From a bacterium (GTDB lineage: Bacteria; SAR324; NAC60-12), in the NCBI GenBank assembly GCA_965205865.1, contig CBDBHR010000025.1:1-64000 (forward strand): a stretch of DNA of 64,000 nucleotides, written 5' to 3'. Shown in pieces: positions 21,920 through 32,111 of this stretch; the first letter of the stretch is position 1; every line of letters starts with the position of its first letter. A program made the translations under genes and the position numbers. The notes under the pieces were generated by a model. That model ran no database searches and was not told the origin of the DNA. It saw nothing but the letters and a program-made list of their open reading frames with translations.

Positions 21920-22503
21920 TACTTTAGACAGGTAATATTTTCATATTCATGAAGTACTTTTTAAAATCTCAAATTCGAAGGAGCCTCTCATGATTAAAGT
22001 ATCGTTTACTGAAGAAATCATTCGTAAGCTGGATTATGAACGCTATCATTAAAAGTGGATGATTTAGTGCGCTTTTTCAAAGGGAAATGCCCGCAAGCCC
22101 AGGAAACCCGCACCTGAATAGTTACCTTATATCAACGCAGAGAGTGTTTGTCAGTTGTTGATTCAACTTGCCGAACTGAATTTAAAAATTCCTCTTACTC
22201 TTGTGCTGGATAATGCTCGATATCAAAAATGCGCGTTGGTGCGAAATTGTGCTGAGATGCTGGGAATCGAACTGCTTTATCTTCCTGCTTATTCTCCACA
22301 TCTCAATTTGATTGAACGCTTTTGGAAGTTTGTCAAAAAACAGTGTCTCTATTCAAAATATTACGAGACTTTCCCAGAGTTTAAACAAGCGATTGAGCAA
22401 TGTCTCGAGGAGGCAAATTCAACACGCCAACAGAAACTGGAATCTCTCTTGACTTGGAATTTTCAATCTTTTAAATATGTGAATAATTAACCCGTTTAAA
22501 GTA
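21920..22503 (+). mobile_element. Internally deleted IS630-family element
   Basis: TACTTTA(G/A)AC(A/G)GGT IRs flanked by TA; N-terminal MIKVSFTEE..YERYH and C-terminal LDNARYQ..LPAYSPHLNLIERFW remnants. Confidence 0.85.
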
Positions 22504-22654
22504 TAGCTTCAGTTGGTTGATTGGACCAGAAAGCCGCCGCCTGCTCTTCAGAGGCCAGCGGGCGGTGCCTTCCGAACACCCGCCATTTTTTGTAACATAC
22601 TTGCCTCCGGGATGGGGGACTGCTGCGGTGGTCCCCTGTCTTCTTCCTTCCGTG

Positions 22655-23545
22655 TCACTCAAGGGAGCTGCCTGTCAGAGCGTTTCTTGGCCCCCTCAGT
22701 ATTGTTGTGGTTGGTTTCAGTCTTTTTTTTTGTTTTTCAAGATATCCCTGAATCTCTTCAAGAGAAAGCCCTTTAAGCCGATCCTCATTCGAAAGCCCTT
22801 TAAGCCGATCCTCATTCGAAAGTCCTTTTAGTCGATCCTCCCTTGAAAACCGTTTAAGAATCTCATCGTTGGATAAAACTCCCAAATGTTCGCGAACATA
22901 ATCCTTTTGAAAATCTTCCATGGTGTATGCCATCTCTAATCCCTCCAATTGATAGTTCTCAAAAAGTTGATTTAATATTGTGCTTATTTCCTGGCTATGC
23001 CCTCGGTAGTGACGAGCAGCGAACTCAACCTCTCCTGGAATCCCACTGAATAAATGCCAAATGGCGTTATGCTCCCCATGAGGAATTTCGCTTAAAACAA
23101 TCAACTGAATGTCGTCACTACCTCGTGCTATCTCATAAACCCCTTCTTGAATTGGTTTTAACTCAAGCTGAGATGAGAGCTTCTGTGGAAATCGGGTACT
23201 GACTCCATAAAGTTGAAATTCTTCCTCTGCTAACAAATCATTGAAAGAAGGACTAATCTGTTTTCGATAATTCACATAATGACCGGTCAGTTCTTTCAAG
23301 GCCCAATCGTCGAAGGGTTCTCTTAAGGATTTATAGCTCAACAGATTATACTTTTTGAGATTGTCCATTCCATCAGGTAATGAAGCCTCTTTTGTCCCTT
23401 TCTCTTTCCGCAAGATCACCACATCCAAGAGTTGCCTTTTGAGGGATAAATCTTTTTCGAGTTCTACCACCCAAGCAGACTCAGTGAAAAAGTCGGTCAG
23501 AGCCAATCCGAATAAGCGATGCCAGTTTATCATTTTTTCATCCAT
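22655..23545 (-). CDS. Rpn-like (degenerate PD-(D/E)xK) protein with C-terminal 9-aa repeats
   Basis: WHRLFG...LDVVI...LSYKS; EDRLKGLSN repeats; internal GGAGGG-ATG (MAYTMEDF). Confidence 0.65.
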   Translation of the reverse strand: MDEKMINWHRLFGLALTDFFTESAWVVELEKDLSLKRQLLDVVILRKEKGTKEASLPDGMDNLKKYNLLSYKSLREPFDDWALKELTGHYVNYRKQISPSFNDLLAEEEFQLYGVSTRFPQKLSSQLELKPIQEGVYEIARGSDDIQLIVLSEIPHGEHNAIWHLFSGIPGEVEFAARHYRGHSQEISTILNQLFENYQLEGLEMAYTMEDFQKDYVREHLGVLSNDEILKRFSREDRLKGLSNEDRLKGLSNEDRLKGLSLEEIQGYLEKQKKRLKPTTTILRGPRNALTGSSLE

Positions 23546-23744
23546 GTATAAAATAAGAAAAAAGCATTCCTCTCTCTTCACAGTATGACGGGACGTTAAA
23601 AATGACACAAGTTAGAAATATCTCATAAAAATTAAATATCATTTTTTTGTACAATGAACGCAATTTGCCAAAATATAGAGATGCTTTTGAAGCCCAACGA
23701 AATGAAGTTCACCTGCGAGGTACGAGTCAGGTGAAACTTCTTGT

Positions 23745-25697
23745 GTGTGCCCGGCATGGGCATGAACTTATGGGGTGTGAGTCCCCTGTACATTATCCGA
23801 AAAGTATACTAGTCAGCTTATGATTACAACTTTAAAAAGTACTAGCCGAAGGCAAGTGCGGGGAGGTGACGAGCCGTGCGGAGGAAGCCTAAGCGCAAAC
23901 CTACGAGTCGACGGACAGAAACAGCATATAAGGCTGAACTTCGGGGCGAGCAAGCACAACATTGCGATGCCCACTCGGATTAAGGAGGATGGTAAATGCT
24001 GCGATTGTGTAGGGAAAGTTCATGCTCTTACCCGGGGAGATCTGCTTTACATGCGGATTGCCGGGGGAACCAAGAGACTAGAAGACCGTGGAAAACGGAA
24101 CACTCTCCTCTTGGTTTCAATGGAATTCAGCGCCTTTGGTGGTAACATCGAAGGTGATGACGCAGAAGTCAGCCGAGGGCGAGAAAATCTCATTTATGAG
24201 ATAGAAGGCCTGAGCGCAGTGTGGACAGGGAGGTATTTGTGAGTTCTGTTTCTAAATGTTTATCCTCGAACCGAGGAGTTGGAAATGGGCACGTCGCAGA
24301 AGAACCGTCTGTCAATCAAACATCCGTGGAGTATGTTGTCTCACGAGAGAGCATGATTCGCGCATGGAAAAAGGTAAGATCCAATAAAGGAAAACCTGGA
24401 ATCGACAATATATCGATTGAAAGGTATCCAAAATGGGTAAAACACAGATGGGAAGGTTTCAAAGAGCAATTGCTGAAGGGGGAATTTAAACCTCGTCCAG
24501 TTCTGCGAGTTGAAATTCCAAAGGACTCAGGAGACGGTGTGCGAAAGCTTGGTATTCCAGCTGTAATGGAACGAGTCATTATGCAGGCAATCGCTTGGGT
24601 GTTGACATCGGTGTTTGAACCTTTATTTTCTGAATCCAGCTTCGGCTTTCGGCCAGGGCGATCGGTACAGGATGCCGCACGTCAAGCCCAATGTTACTAT
24701 CAGAAGGGGTACGGATACCAGATCAATCTGGATCTGGAAAAGTTTTTCGATACGGTCAATCATGACATATTGATGAACCGTGTTTCTCGTCAGATAAAGG
24801 ACAAAGGGATTCTCCGTTTGATTGGAACCTTCCTACGGGCAGGTGTCATGGTAGACGGAAGACTGAACGCTACAAGAAAAGGGGTTCCACAGGGATCTCC
24901 GGTCTCTCCAATATTGAGTAATATCTTGTTGGATGATCTTGATAAGGAGCTGGAAAAGCGAGGGCTTGAGTTTGTCCGCTATGCAGATGATTTGGCAATT
25001 TTTGTCAAATCAGTACGAGCGGCCAAGCGAGTCATGATGAGTACGAGCCGATATCTGGAGGAGACTCTCAAGGTAAAGGTGAACACTCAGAAGAGTAGCA
25101 TCTGCAAAGTCAAAGGGGGTTCCGTTCTCGGATTCCAAATCCATCGAAAGAAGCTCCGAACCATCGACCCAAAGATAGGAAAGTTCAAATCTGAACTTCG
25201 TAAAATCTCACGTCGTTGCTCGGGGATTGCCATGGAGGGCCGCTTTCAACGTCTGGCAGAATATGCCAGGGGTTGGATGGGGCACTATGGATGCGGTATG
25301 TTGTACAATACTATCGTGGAGATGGAAGGATGGCTTCGAAGACGGGTTCGTATGGCCTACATCAAACAATGGAGGAAACCTCGTACGAAAATTCGAGAGT
25401 TGATCAAGCTGGGAGTTCCTGTAAAGCTGTCCATTAGTATTGGCCTCAGCCGAAAAGGATACTGGCGACTCTCTCGGACGCAAGCAACCAACTGGGGCTT
25501 ATCAGATGACTTTCTTGCTAAACAGGGAATGGTTTCTTTGCGTGATCTATGGATTAAGATTCATTACCCCGCTACGGCGCGGTAGACACTTGGTATCGTT
25601 TAGATACCTCTACCTGATAGTAGGCGAGGCGCCACTTACGGACCCGTATGAGTGGTGCTGTGGGAGGGAGGGGAGAAAAACCCCTTCCTATCCCGAT
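23745..25697 (+). mobile_element. Group II intron, class C (IIC-attC type)
   Basis: 5' GTGTGCCCGGCATGGG after TTGT; short D5 with CGC triad; 3' CCTATCCCGAT. Confidence 0.9.
24221..25585 (+). CDS. ltrA: Group II intron reverse transcriptase/maturase (no endonuclease domain)
   Basis: NKGKPGID, RKLGIP, DLEKFFD, GVPQGSP, RYADD. Confidence 0.95.
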   Translation: MDREVFVSSVSKCLSSNRGVGNGHVAEEPSVNQTSVEYVVSRESMIRAWKKVRSNKGKPGIDNISIERYPKWVKHRWEGFKEQLLKGEFKPRPVLRVEIPKDSGDGVRKLGIPAVMERVIMQAIAWVLTSVFEPLFSESSFGFRPGRSVQDAARQAQCYYQKGYGYQINLDLEKFFDTVNHDILMNRVSRQIKDKGILRLIGTFLRAGVMVDGRLNATRKGVPQGSPVSPILSNILLDDLDKELEKRGLEFVRYADDLAIFVKSVRAAKRVMMSTSRYLEETLKVKVNTQKSSICKVKGGSVLGFQIHRKKLRTIDPKIGKFKSELRKISRRCSGIAMEGRFQRLAEYARGWMGHYGCGMLYNTIVEMEGWLRRRVRMAYIKQWRKPRTKIRELIKLGVPVKLSISIGLSRKGYWRLSRTQATNWGLSDDFLAKQGMVSLRDLWIKIHYPATAR

Positions 25698-25828
25698 TGA
25701 TAGGCAAGGAGGGAGGGGTGGACATTTTTAATTGCCGAGAAGCGTTTCGTCGGTATCCATATTAACGAACTTTAAAAGGGGGTCAGGCCTTTGAACTTTC
25801 CCATCTTTTAGCCACTGTCATCTGGCCT

Positions 25829-26323
25829 TTGTTTGAAAAACTATTTGAAGAAGGCAGTGGTTTGAGGTATCTTGAGGATGTACTCTACTATTTATTCAAA
25901 GCTAGTTCCCACCTCAAAGAAGAGGAAGTGGCGCAACAAGTGCAAAACCTGCTCAGCTTTGAAGACGCCCACGAGGTAATTATGACAATCGCCGAACAAT
26001 TAGAACAAAAAGGACTCCAAAAAGGACTTCTGAAAGGTCGTCAAGAAGGTCGTCAAGAAGGTCGTCAAGAAGGTCATCAAGAAGGTCATCAAGAAGGTCA
26101 TCAAGAAGGTCGTCAAGAAGGTCGTCAAGAAGAAGCATATCATCTTCTAAAAAAGCTCCTTCAAAAGAAATTTGGTGAAGCCGCGGAATCTTATCAAACC
26201 ATTCTAGCAACTCTCTCTGTTGATGAACTCGAAACACTAGGAGAAAGACTCATCACTCAATCGACTTTAGAAGACATTTTTCAAGGGTTTCCCTGGAGTG
26301 GCTCTCCACCAAAGCTTTCTTAA
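25829..26323 (+). pseudogene. Rpn-family C-terminal fragment (QEGR/QEGH repeats, DUF4351-like tail)
   Basis: MTIAEQLEQKG preceded by GAGGT; 12-bp tandem repeats; no N-terminal nuclease domain. Confidence 0.75.
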
Positions 26324-26348
26324 ATGATCTGTAACAACAAAATCAAAT

Positions 26349-26525
26349 GGATCTCGCCATGAGAAAAAGAAAGTATTTGACTTCTGGATCTCGCTATAAT
26401 ATAAAGATCAAAGAGGCCTTCAAACAGGGATTCAAATAGGAATTGAAAAAGGAGTTGACTTCTGGATCTCGCCATGAGAAAAAGAAAATATTTGACTTCT
26501 GGATCTCGCTGAATATGAAAGATCT
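26349..26525 (+). repeat. Duplicated ~60-bp segment with GACTTCTGGATCTCGC subrepeats
   Basis: Four GGATCTCGC cores; the intervening DNA encodes Rpn-tail-like GLQTGIQIGIEKG. Confidence 0.65.
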
Positions 26526-26695
26526 TCATTAGAATTTATTAGAATACAGAATTAATGAATCACCGTATTAAAAAAAAGCATTGACCATCATTTGCAGAAT
26601 GAATATATTATTATTCCAAGGACGGAAAAACAATTCAGGGAGTCTCCATTTTTATATAAAAAATCTTGATAAAAGGTTAAAATGAGAGTAGTATA

Positions 26696-26800
26696 CCGAC
26701 ACCCGACACCCGACACCCGACACCCGACACCCGACACCCGACACCCAACACCCAACTCCTAGTTTCCAGTTCCCAACACCCAGTTCCCAGTCCCAAATTC
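26696..26800 (+). repeat. Heptamer tandem repeat (CCGACAC)n decaying into CCCAGTT-type units
   Basis: About 7 perfect units followed by degenerate 7-mers. Confidence 0.9.
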
Positions 26801-27141
26801 TACCCCTTTATGTCATCTCGACAGGGCTGTCGGTGCGCCGAAGCGACGCCCAGTCCGAAGGGGAGAGATCCTTGAGATTCCTCGTTTCAAATTCCAAATT
26901 CCAACCCACGTTCCAAATTCCAGGAACGGAAGGGCAAGGGGAAATTTGGAACATCAATCAAGTCAGCCGAAAATAAATTGTTATTCCTTCAACTTTTTAT
27001 AAGGAGAACCCTATGTATTTTAAGAAATTTGTCGCCCCCGTCATGGGGCTGACCGTGGCAGACGCCGTGTCTGCCACGAAAATCCGATTCGCCCCATGGC
27101 GGGTGAATCGTTCTCAACACCCTCAATTAAAAGAGGTTCTT

Positions 27142-29022
27142 ATGAGTATGATAAATAAACTTTTTGCCTCCCTCGTGGGGCGGAACCCGGCAGGCTTCGG
27201 GTCTGCTGTACAAAAGCTTGTCCTCGCAAACTTGTCCCCGCGAAAGCGGGGAGCGGGGATGCAATCCTTATTGCTCACCCTCACCCTGATGGTGGCCGCC
27301 CTCGGGGTCAGTTCGGCCGTGGCAGCTGATAAAAAGATGGTCAAAGACCCCACCACCGGCAAGATGGTACAAGCACCTGAGTATGGCGGGACATTGACCT
27401 ACGCCGAGCGGATCGAGCCTCCGGGGACTGACCCCTACTCCCAGGGCCACGGACCAAGGGCCGTCGATGCCGTTTCAGAGAAGCTGGCCATCGCGAACTG
27501 GGGAATAGACAGGGATGAATATGGCTTCACAACCAGGTATGTCCCGCTATTTGCCTTCAAAGGGAATCTGGCGGAAAGCTGGGAAACGCCTGACCCCACC
27601 ACGATCGTTCTCACCATCCGCAAGGGCGTTCGCTGGCATAACAAGGCTCCAATGTCCGGGAGAGAATTGACGGCCCAGGATGTCGAATATAACTTTCACC
27701 GTTATACGGGTCTGGGCAGCGGCTTCACCGAACCAAACCCCTTCGACTCAATGAAGGCCGCGACGTGGGAATCCATTACGGCCACCGACGATTCCACGGT
27801 TGTTTTCAAGCTGAAGGCGCCACGCAACGACGCGCTCTTGACCATCATCGGCCACTGGCCTCATTTCATAATGCCCCCCGAGGTAATCGAGCAACATGGC
27901 GACGTTCAGGATTGGAGGAACCTGGTAGGCACCGGGCCCTATATGCTGACGGACTGGGTCAAGGGCAGCTCTCTGACGTATTCCAAGAATCCTGACTACT
28001 GGGGCACCGACGAAAAATACCCGGAGAATCGCTTGCCCTATATTGACGAGTTACGGCGGGTGATTATGCCCGAACAAGCAACATGGCTGGCGGCACTGCG
28101 CTCGGGTAAGCATGATATCACAGGTTTAGCCGGCGACACTCAATTGGGGGATATCGGCCAGGTAGAGAGCCTCCAACGGAGCAACCCCGAGATCACGTGG
28201 TACCCGTGGTACTTTCGCGCGGAGACCGGTGTTGCTCTTATCCTGCGCAACCAGTCGCTCTTCAACGACATCCGGGTGCGTCAGGCCATGCAGATGGCTA
28301 TTGACCTGGAGACCATCAACAATACCTACTACAAGGGCTTTGCCAAGTGGCAACCCCAGGGGGCTATAGGGGATAGTCTGACGGGGTATTTCATCCCCTT
28401 TGAAGAGTGGCCCGAAGAGGTCAAAAAAACCTATAGGTATGACCCGGAAGGTGCCGAAGCGTTGCTTGATGCGGCTGGGCTTACCCGCGGCGCGGATGGC
28501 AATCGATTCAAGACCGTCCTTAACCACTTTAAGCGACTTGATGTAGGCTATCAAGAAATAGCCGTTGAATACTGGAAAGCGATTGGCGTTGATGTAGAGA
28601 TTCAGGTAGGTGAGGAAACTGCGTGGGTGGCGGCAATGATCGAAGGTGCTTATGAAGGGATGACTTCTTGGTCTCTCGGCGTTGACCAGGCGCCCATGGC
28701 TACGATCGGCGGGAGCGGACTTCACACGAGAAGAGGCTGGTCTCACCCCACGGGACACCAGGACCCTGTGATGGACGCCAAGGTGGAAGCCGCCGAAGCC
28801 GCGACTACCCTTGAGGAGCAGAAGAGGCTGGTTAGAGAGGCAGATATGTACATGATTGAGCAGCAGTGGTTCATATGGGGTCCTAAAGTTCCAGTCTTTA
28901 ATGCATCCCAGCCATGGATCAAAGGTTATAACGGTGAAGTGGAACTGGGACTGGCTCGCGCAGCGGCTATCTTCGCCCGCATTTGGATTGACCAGGATCT
29001 GAAGAAAGAAATGGGGCATTAG
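27142..29022 (+). CDS. ABC transporter substrate-binding protein, family 5 (DppA/OppA-like), paralogue 1
   Basis: LAESWE, VGTGPY, DIRVRQAM; signal peptide. The frame is also open from 27013. Confidence 0.92.
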   Translation: MSMINKLFASLVGRNPAGFGSAVQKLVLANLSPRKRGAGMQSLLLTLTLMVAALGVSSAVAADKKMVKDPTTGKMVQAPEYGGTLTYAERIEPPGTDPYSQGHGPRAVDAVSEKLAIANWGIDRDEYGFTTRYVPLFAFKGNLAESWETPDPTTIVLTIRKGVRWHNKAPMSGRELTAQDVEYNFHRYTGLGSGFTEPNPFDSMKAATWESITATDDSTVVFKLKAPRNDALLTIIGHWPHFIMPPEVIEQHGDVQDWRNLVGTGPYMLTDWVKGSSLTYSKNPDYWGTDEKYPENRLPYIDELRRVIMPEQATWLAALRSGKHDITGLAGDTQLGDIGQVESLQRSNPEITWYPWYFRAETGVALILRNQSLFNDIRVRQAMQMAIDLETINNTYYKGFAKWQPQGAIGDSLTGYFIPFEEWPEEVKKTYRYDPEGAEALLDAAGLTRGADGNRFKTVLNHFKRLDVGYQEIAVEYWKAIGVDVEIQVGEETAWVAAMIEGAYEGMTSWSLGVDQAPMATIGGSGLHTRRGWSHPTGHQDPVMDAKVEAAEAATTLEEQKRLVREADMYMIEQQWFIWGPKVPVFNASQPWIKGYNGEVELGLARAAAIFARIWIDQDLKKEMGH

Positions 29023-29126
29023 AGCTGTGTTAAAACCTTATTCCCCCTCCCCTGGTGGGAGGCAGAGAAGCAGTTTGGCCACAGGCGTGGCCAGTAAAAA
29101 CTACTGAACGCGGGAGGTGGCATCAT

Positions 29127-30083
29127 ATGAGAGCCTATATCATCCGGCGCTTATTGCTGGTCATCCCCACTCTGTTTCTCTTGAGCATCCTGGTTTTTCT
29201 CTCGGTGCGCTTCATCCCCGGCGACGTCATAGACGCCATGTTGGCTCAGCTGCAATCTGTGGGTGGCGATATAGACCGTGAAACGCTTGAGCGCCGGCTG
29301 GGACTGGACGCGCCGGTCTGGGTACAGTATGGACGCTGGATCGGCGAGATTCTCCGGCACGGCAGCTTGGGCCATTCCCTGTGGCGCGATTGGACGGTAG
29401 AGGAGGAGATATTCTCCAGATTGCCGGTCACCATTGAGCTTGGCCTGCTGGCCATCGTTATCGGGCTCGTGATCGCGCTGCCGGTGGGCATCTACTCGGC
29501 GATACGCCAGGATACGCTCGCCGACTACGTGGGGCGTTCCCTGGCCATCATCGGCCTGGCCACGCCGAACTTCTGGCTGGCCATCATGGTGATGATCTAC
29601 CCCACCATCTGGTGGGGCTGGACCCCACCGCTGGAATATATTCCTTTCAGCAAAGATCCGCTGGGGAATCTCTGGGGGTTCTTCATCCCCAGCCTGATTC
29701 TGGGGACGGCCTCCTCGGCTGCCACCATGCGCATGATGCGCACCATGATGCTCGAGGTGCTGCGGCAGGATTATATCCGCACCGCCTGGTCCAAGGGGCT
29801 CAAAGAGCGGGTCGTGATTATTCGGCACACCCTCAAAAATGCCCTCATCCCGGTGGTGACCCTGATCGGCCTGCAGTTGCCGATCCTGGTCGGAGGCGCC
29901 GTGATCATGGAGAACATCTTTGCCCTGCCGGGGCTCGGGCGTCTCATGCTGGATGCCCTGCAAAGCCGTGACTACCCGGTGGTCCAGGGAACCAACCTGT
30001 TTTTCGCCACCGGGGTGGTGCTGCTCAATCTCCTCATCGACCTGATTTATCCCTATTTGGATCCGAGAGTAAGGTATGAATAG
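29127..30083 (+). CDS. ABC permease, DppB-like
   Basis: QDYIRTAWSKGL EAA loop; LDPRVRY. Confidence 0.93.
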   Translation: MRAYIIRRLLLVIPTLFLLSILVFLSVRFIPGDVIDAMLAQLQSVGGDIDRETLERRLGLDAPVWVQYGRWIGEILRHGSLGHSLWRDWTVEEEIFSRLPVTIELGLLAIVIGLVIALPVGIYSAIRQDTLADYVGRSLAIIGLATPNFWLAIMVMIYPTIWWGWTPPLEYIPFSKDPLGNLWGFFIPSLILGTASSAATMRMMRTMMLEVLRQDYIRTAWSKGLKERVVIIRHTLKNALIPVVTLIGLQLPILVGGAVIMENIFALPGLGRLMLDALQSRDYPVVQGTNLFFATGVVLLNLLIDLIYPYLDPRVRYE

Positions 30084-30131
30084 TCGTTATGCTTCTGGTA
30101 AATATAGCTTTGAGATTCGTCTGTCAGAAGA

Positions 30132-30264
30132 AGTCCCGGAGGGACGAAAGGAAGTAGCTCGCTAGATCGAAGAAGTGTCGTCCCTCTGGGACTAGCTGAG
30201 GAGGAGGGGGGGTTCCTTTCCCAGCAATGAATCGCTGGGCTATTCCCTTTCGTCCCTCCGGGAC
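30132..30264. repeat. GTCCC..GGGAC-type palindromic repeat element between the permeases
   Basis: AGTCCCGGAGGGACGAAAGG / CCTTTCGTCCCTCCGGGACT inverted repeat. Confidence 0.75.
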
Positions 30265-30287
30265 TGTATTATAGAAAAATCGAGAAC

Positions 30288-31260
30288 ATGAACAACACTC
30301 ATGAAACACCATTAACAATCAGCGAGCCCAAGCGACGGGGCCGGTTTGCGGATTTCTTCATCAGGCTGTGGCAGGAGAAGCCCCTGGGTACTGCCTGCGG
30401 GATTCTCATCTTGATCTTGATTGTCGTCGCTCTCTTTTCCGAGGGTCTGGCGCCTTATCCCTATCGGGAAATACACCTGGCCGACATCATGCAAACCCCA
30501 TCCGCCCAGTATCTCCTGGGGACCGACCACCTGGGGCGAGACTTGTTGAGCCGCCTTCTCTACGGGGCTCGTATTTCGATAATGGTCGGTTTGGCCGCGA
30601 CGGCACTCAATGTGATCGTCGCTGTCCTGATTGGCGGCACTTCCGGATTCCTTGGGGGGAAAGTCGGACCTGGCTGCGCAACGTTTTGTCGATGCCTGGA
30701 TGGCTTTTCCGGGGCTGCTCTTGTTGTTAACCATCATGTCCATCGTGGGACAGGGTCTTCTCCAGATCATCGTGGTGCTGGGGATCGCCGGAGGTATCGG
30801 CGGTTCCCGAGTCATCCGCAGCGCCGTGATTGGTGTCAAAGAGAATGACTATTTTCTGGCCGCCCGGGCCGTAGGCACTTCCACGACCAAAATCCTCTTA
30901 CGGCATGTGCTGCCCAATATTATGGCGCCGATCATCATCATCTTCTCGATCAACATTGGCGGGGTCATCATTGCCGAGGCCTCGTTGAGCTTCCTCGGAT
31001 TCGGGCTGCCCGTCAAGGTGCCCAGCTGGGGAGGGATGCTCAGCCGGGAAGGACGCCAGTACATGGAGCAGGCGCCCCGGCTGGCGCTCTGGCCAGGGCT
31101 TTGCCTGACGATTGTCGTTTACAGTCTCAATATGTTCGGCGACGCCATGCGGGACCTGCTCGATCCCCGGCTGCGGGGCGGGCAGGGCAGTTACGGCGCC
31201 GCGAAGATGAAACGTAAAAGAGGATTCCTGGCCAGGTTTATTTCTCCTTTCAATCATTAG
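30288..31260 (+). pseudogene. ABC permease, DppC-like, +1 frameshift near 30660
   Basis: LGTDHLGRD; GGGGGGAAAG has one more base than the paralogue at 60853. Confidence 0.85.
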
Positions 31261-31328
31261 AAACCACCGCCAGCGGAAGAATTTCCAAGAGGCTGCCGTA
31301 ATCGTTGCTATTGAAGGTCGATTTTCCA

Positions 31329-32111
31329 TTAGCTCCGGGGAGACTTTGCTTCCGCGGCGGCTTGTAATTCTTCAGAGACGTCGCGTGCTTGCGTAGGACG
31401 GAGGCGAATCTCCTCGACCACGGTCCTTGCTGGCATGGTGGCGCAGAGGTAAATCGCCTGCGCGATGTCTTCCGGCATCATCATCGTCGAACGGGCTTCC
31501 GCATCCGGAGGCAGCGGCCGATTGTTCAGGATAGGCGTATCGACTTCGGCCGGAATGATGGTACATGCGCGGATTCCCCTGGCATTCAATTCGACGTTGG
31601 TATGATACATCAGGTTGTGAGACGCTGCTTTGGCTGAACTATATGCCGCTCCTCCCAACAGACCCGGACGTATCGAAGCATAAGAAGAAACTGTAATCAC
31701 CACTCCGCCTCCTTGTTCGATCATGGGGTTCACGCACGCTTGCGTCAAACGGTAGACGCCTTCGACATTGACTTTGTAGACACTCTGCCACTCGACTTCA
31801 CGGAGGTATCGAATGGAACGCGCTTTAGATCCATGTCCGGCATTGTTGACCAGGATGTCGACGCGGCCAAACTCGGCAACAGTCCAGTCTCCCAATTCGG
31901 CGGCGGCATTCCCGTCTTCCAGATCCGTTGCTCGCGCCACGGCATGACCACCAGCCTGCTTCACTTGGGTGGCCACCTCCTCCAGCGGTCGCAAACGTCG
32001 CCCGGCCAAAACAACTATGGCTCCTTCCCTTGCAAAGATGATGGCGGTTTCCTTACCAATTCCTGTCCCACCACCCGTAACGATGGCAACTTTTCCTTCC
32101 AGTGTTTTCAT
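31329..32111 (-). CDS. Short-chain dehydrogenase/reductase
   Basis: TGGGTGIG, NNAG, YSSAK. Confidence 0.93.
   Translation of the reverse strand: MKTLEGKVAIVTGGGTGIGKETAIIFAREGAIVVLAGRRLRPLEEVATQVKQAGGHAVARATDLEDGNAAAELGDWTVAEFGRVDILVNNAGHGSKARSIRYLREVEWQSVYKVNVEGVYRLTQACVNPMIEQGGGVVITVSSYASIRPGLLGGAAYSSAKAASHNLMYHTNVELNARGIRACTIIPAEVDTPILNNRPLPPDAEARSTMMMPEDIAQAIYLCATMPARTVVEEIRLRPTQARDVSEELQAAAEAKSPRS

Larger units (their letters stand above)
23692..25705 (-). other. Integron attC site split by a group II intron
   Basis: Rejoined minus strand: GCCTA|AC AAGAA GTTTCACC TGAC..GCA GGTGAAC..GTTGGGC (R'' L'' L' R'), with 3 extra nt at the junction. Confidence 0.7.

Noticed and set aside
25980-26237. 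LLDD-repeat ORF on the minus strand
   Set aside because: Antisense shadow of the QEGR repeats
26349-26525. CRISPR-like repeats
   Set aside because: The 'spacers' are themselves duplicated and encode an Rpn-like tail, so this is a local duplication
28126-29963. Long antisense ORFs (297 and 270 aa)
   Set aside because: Shadows of GC-rich ABC genes with no recognisable motifs
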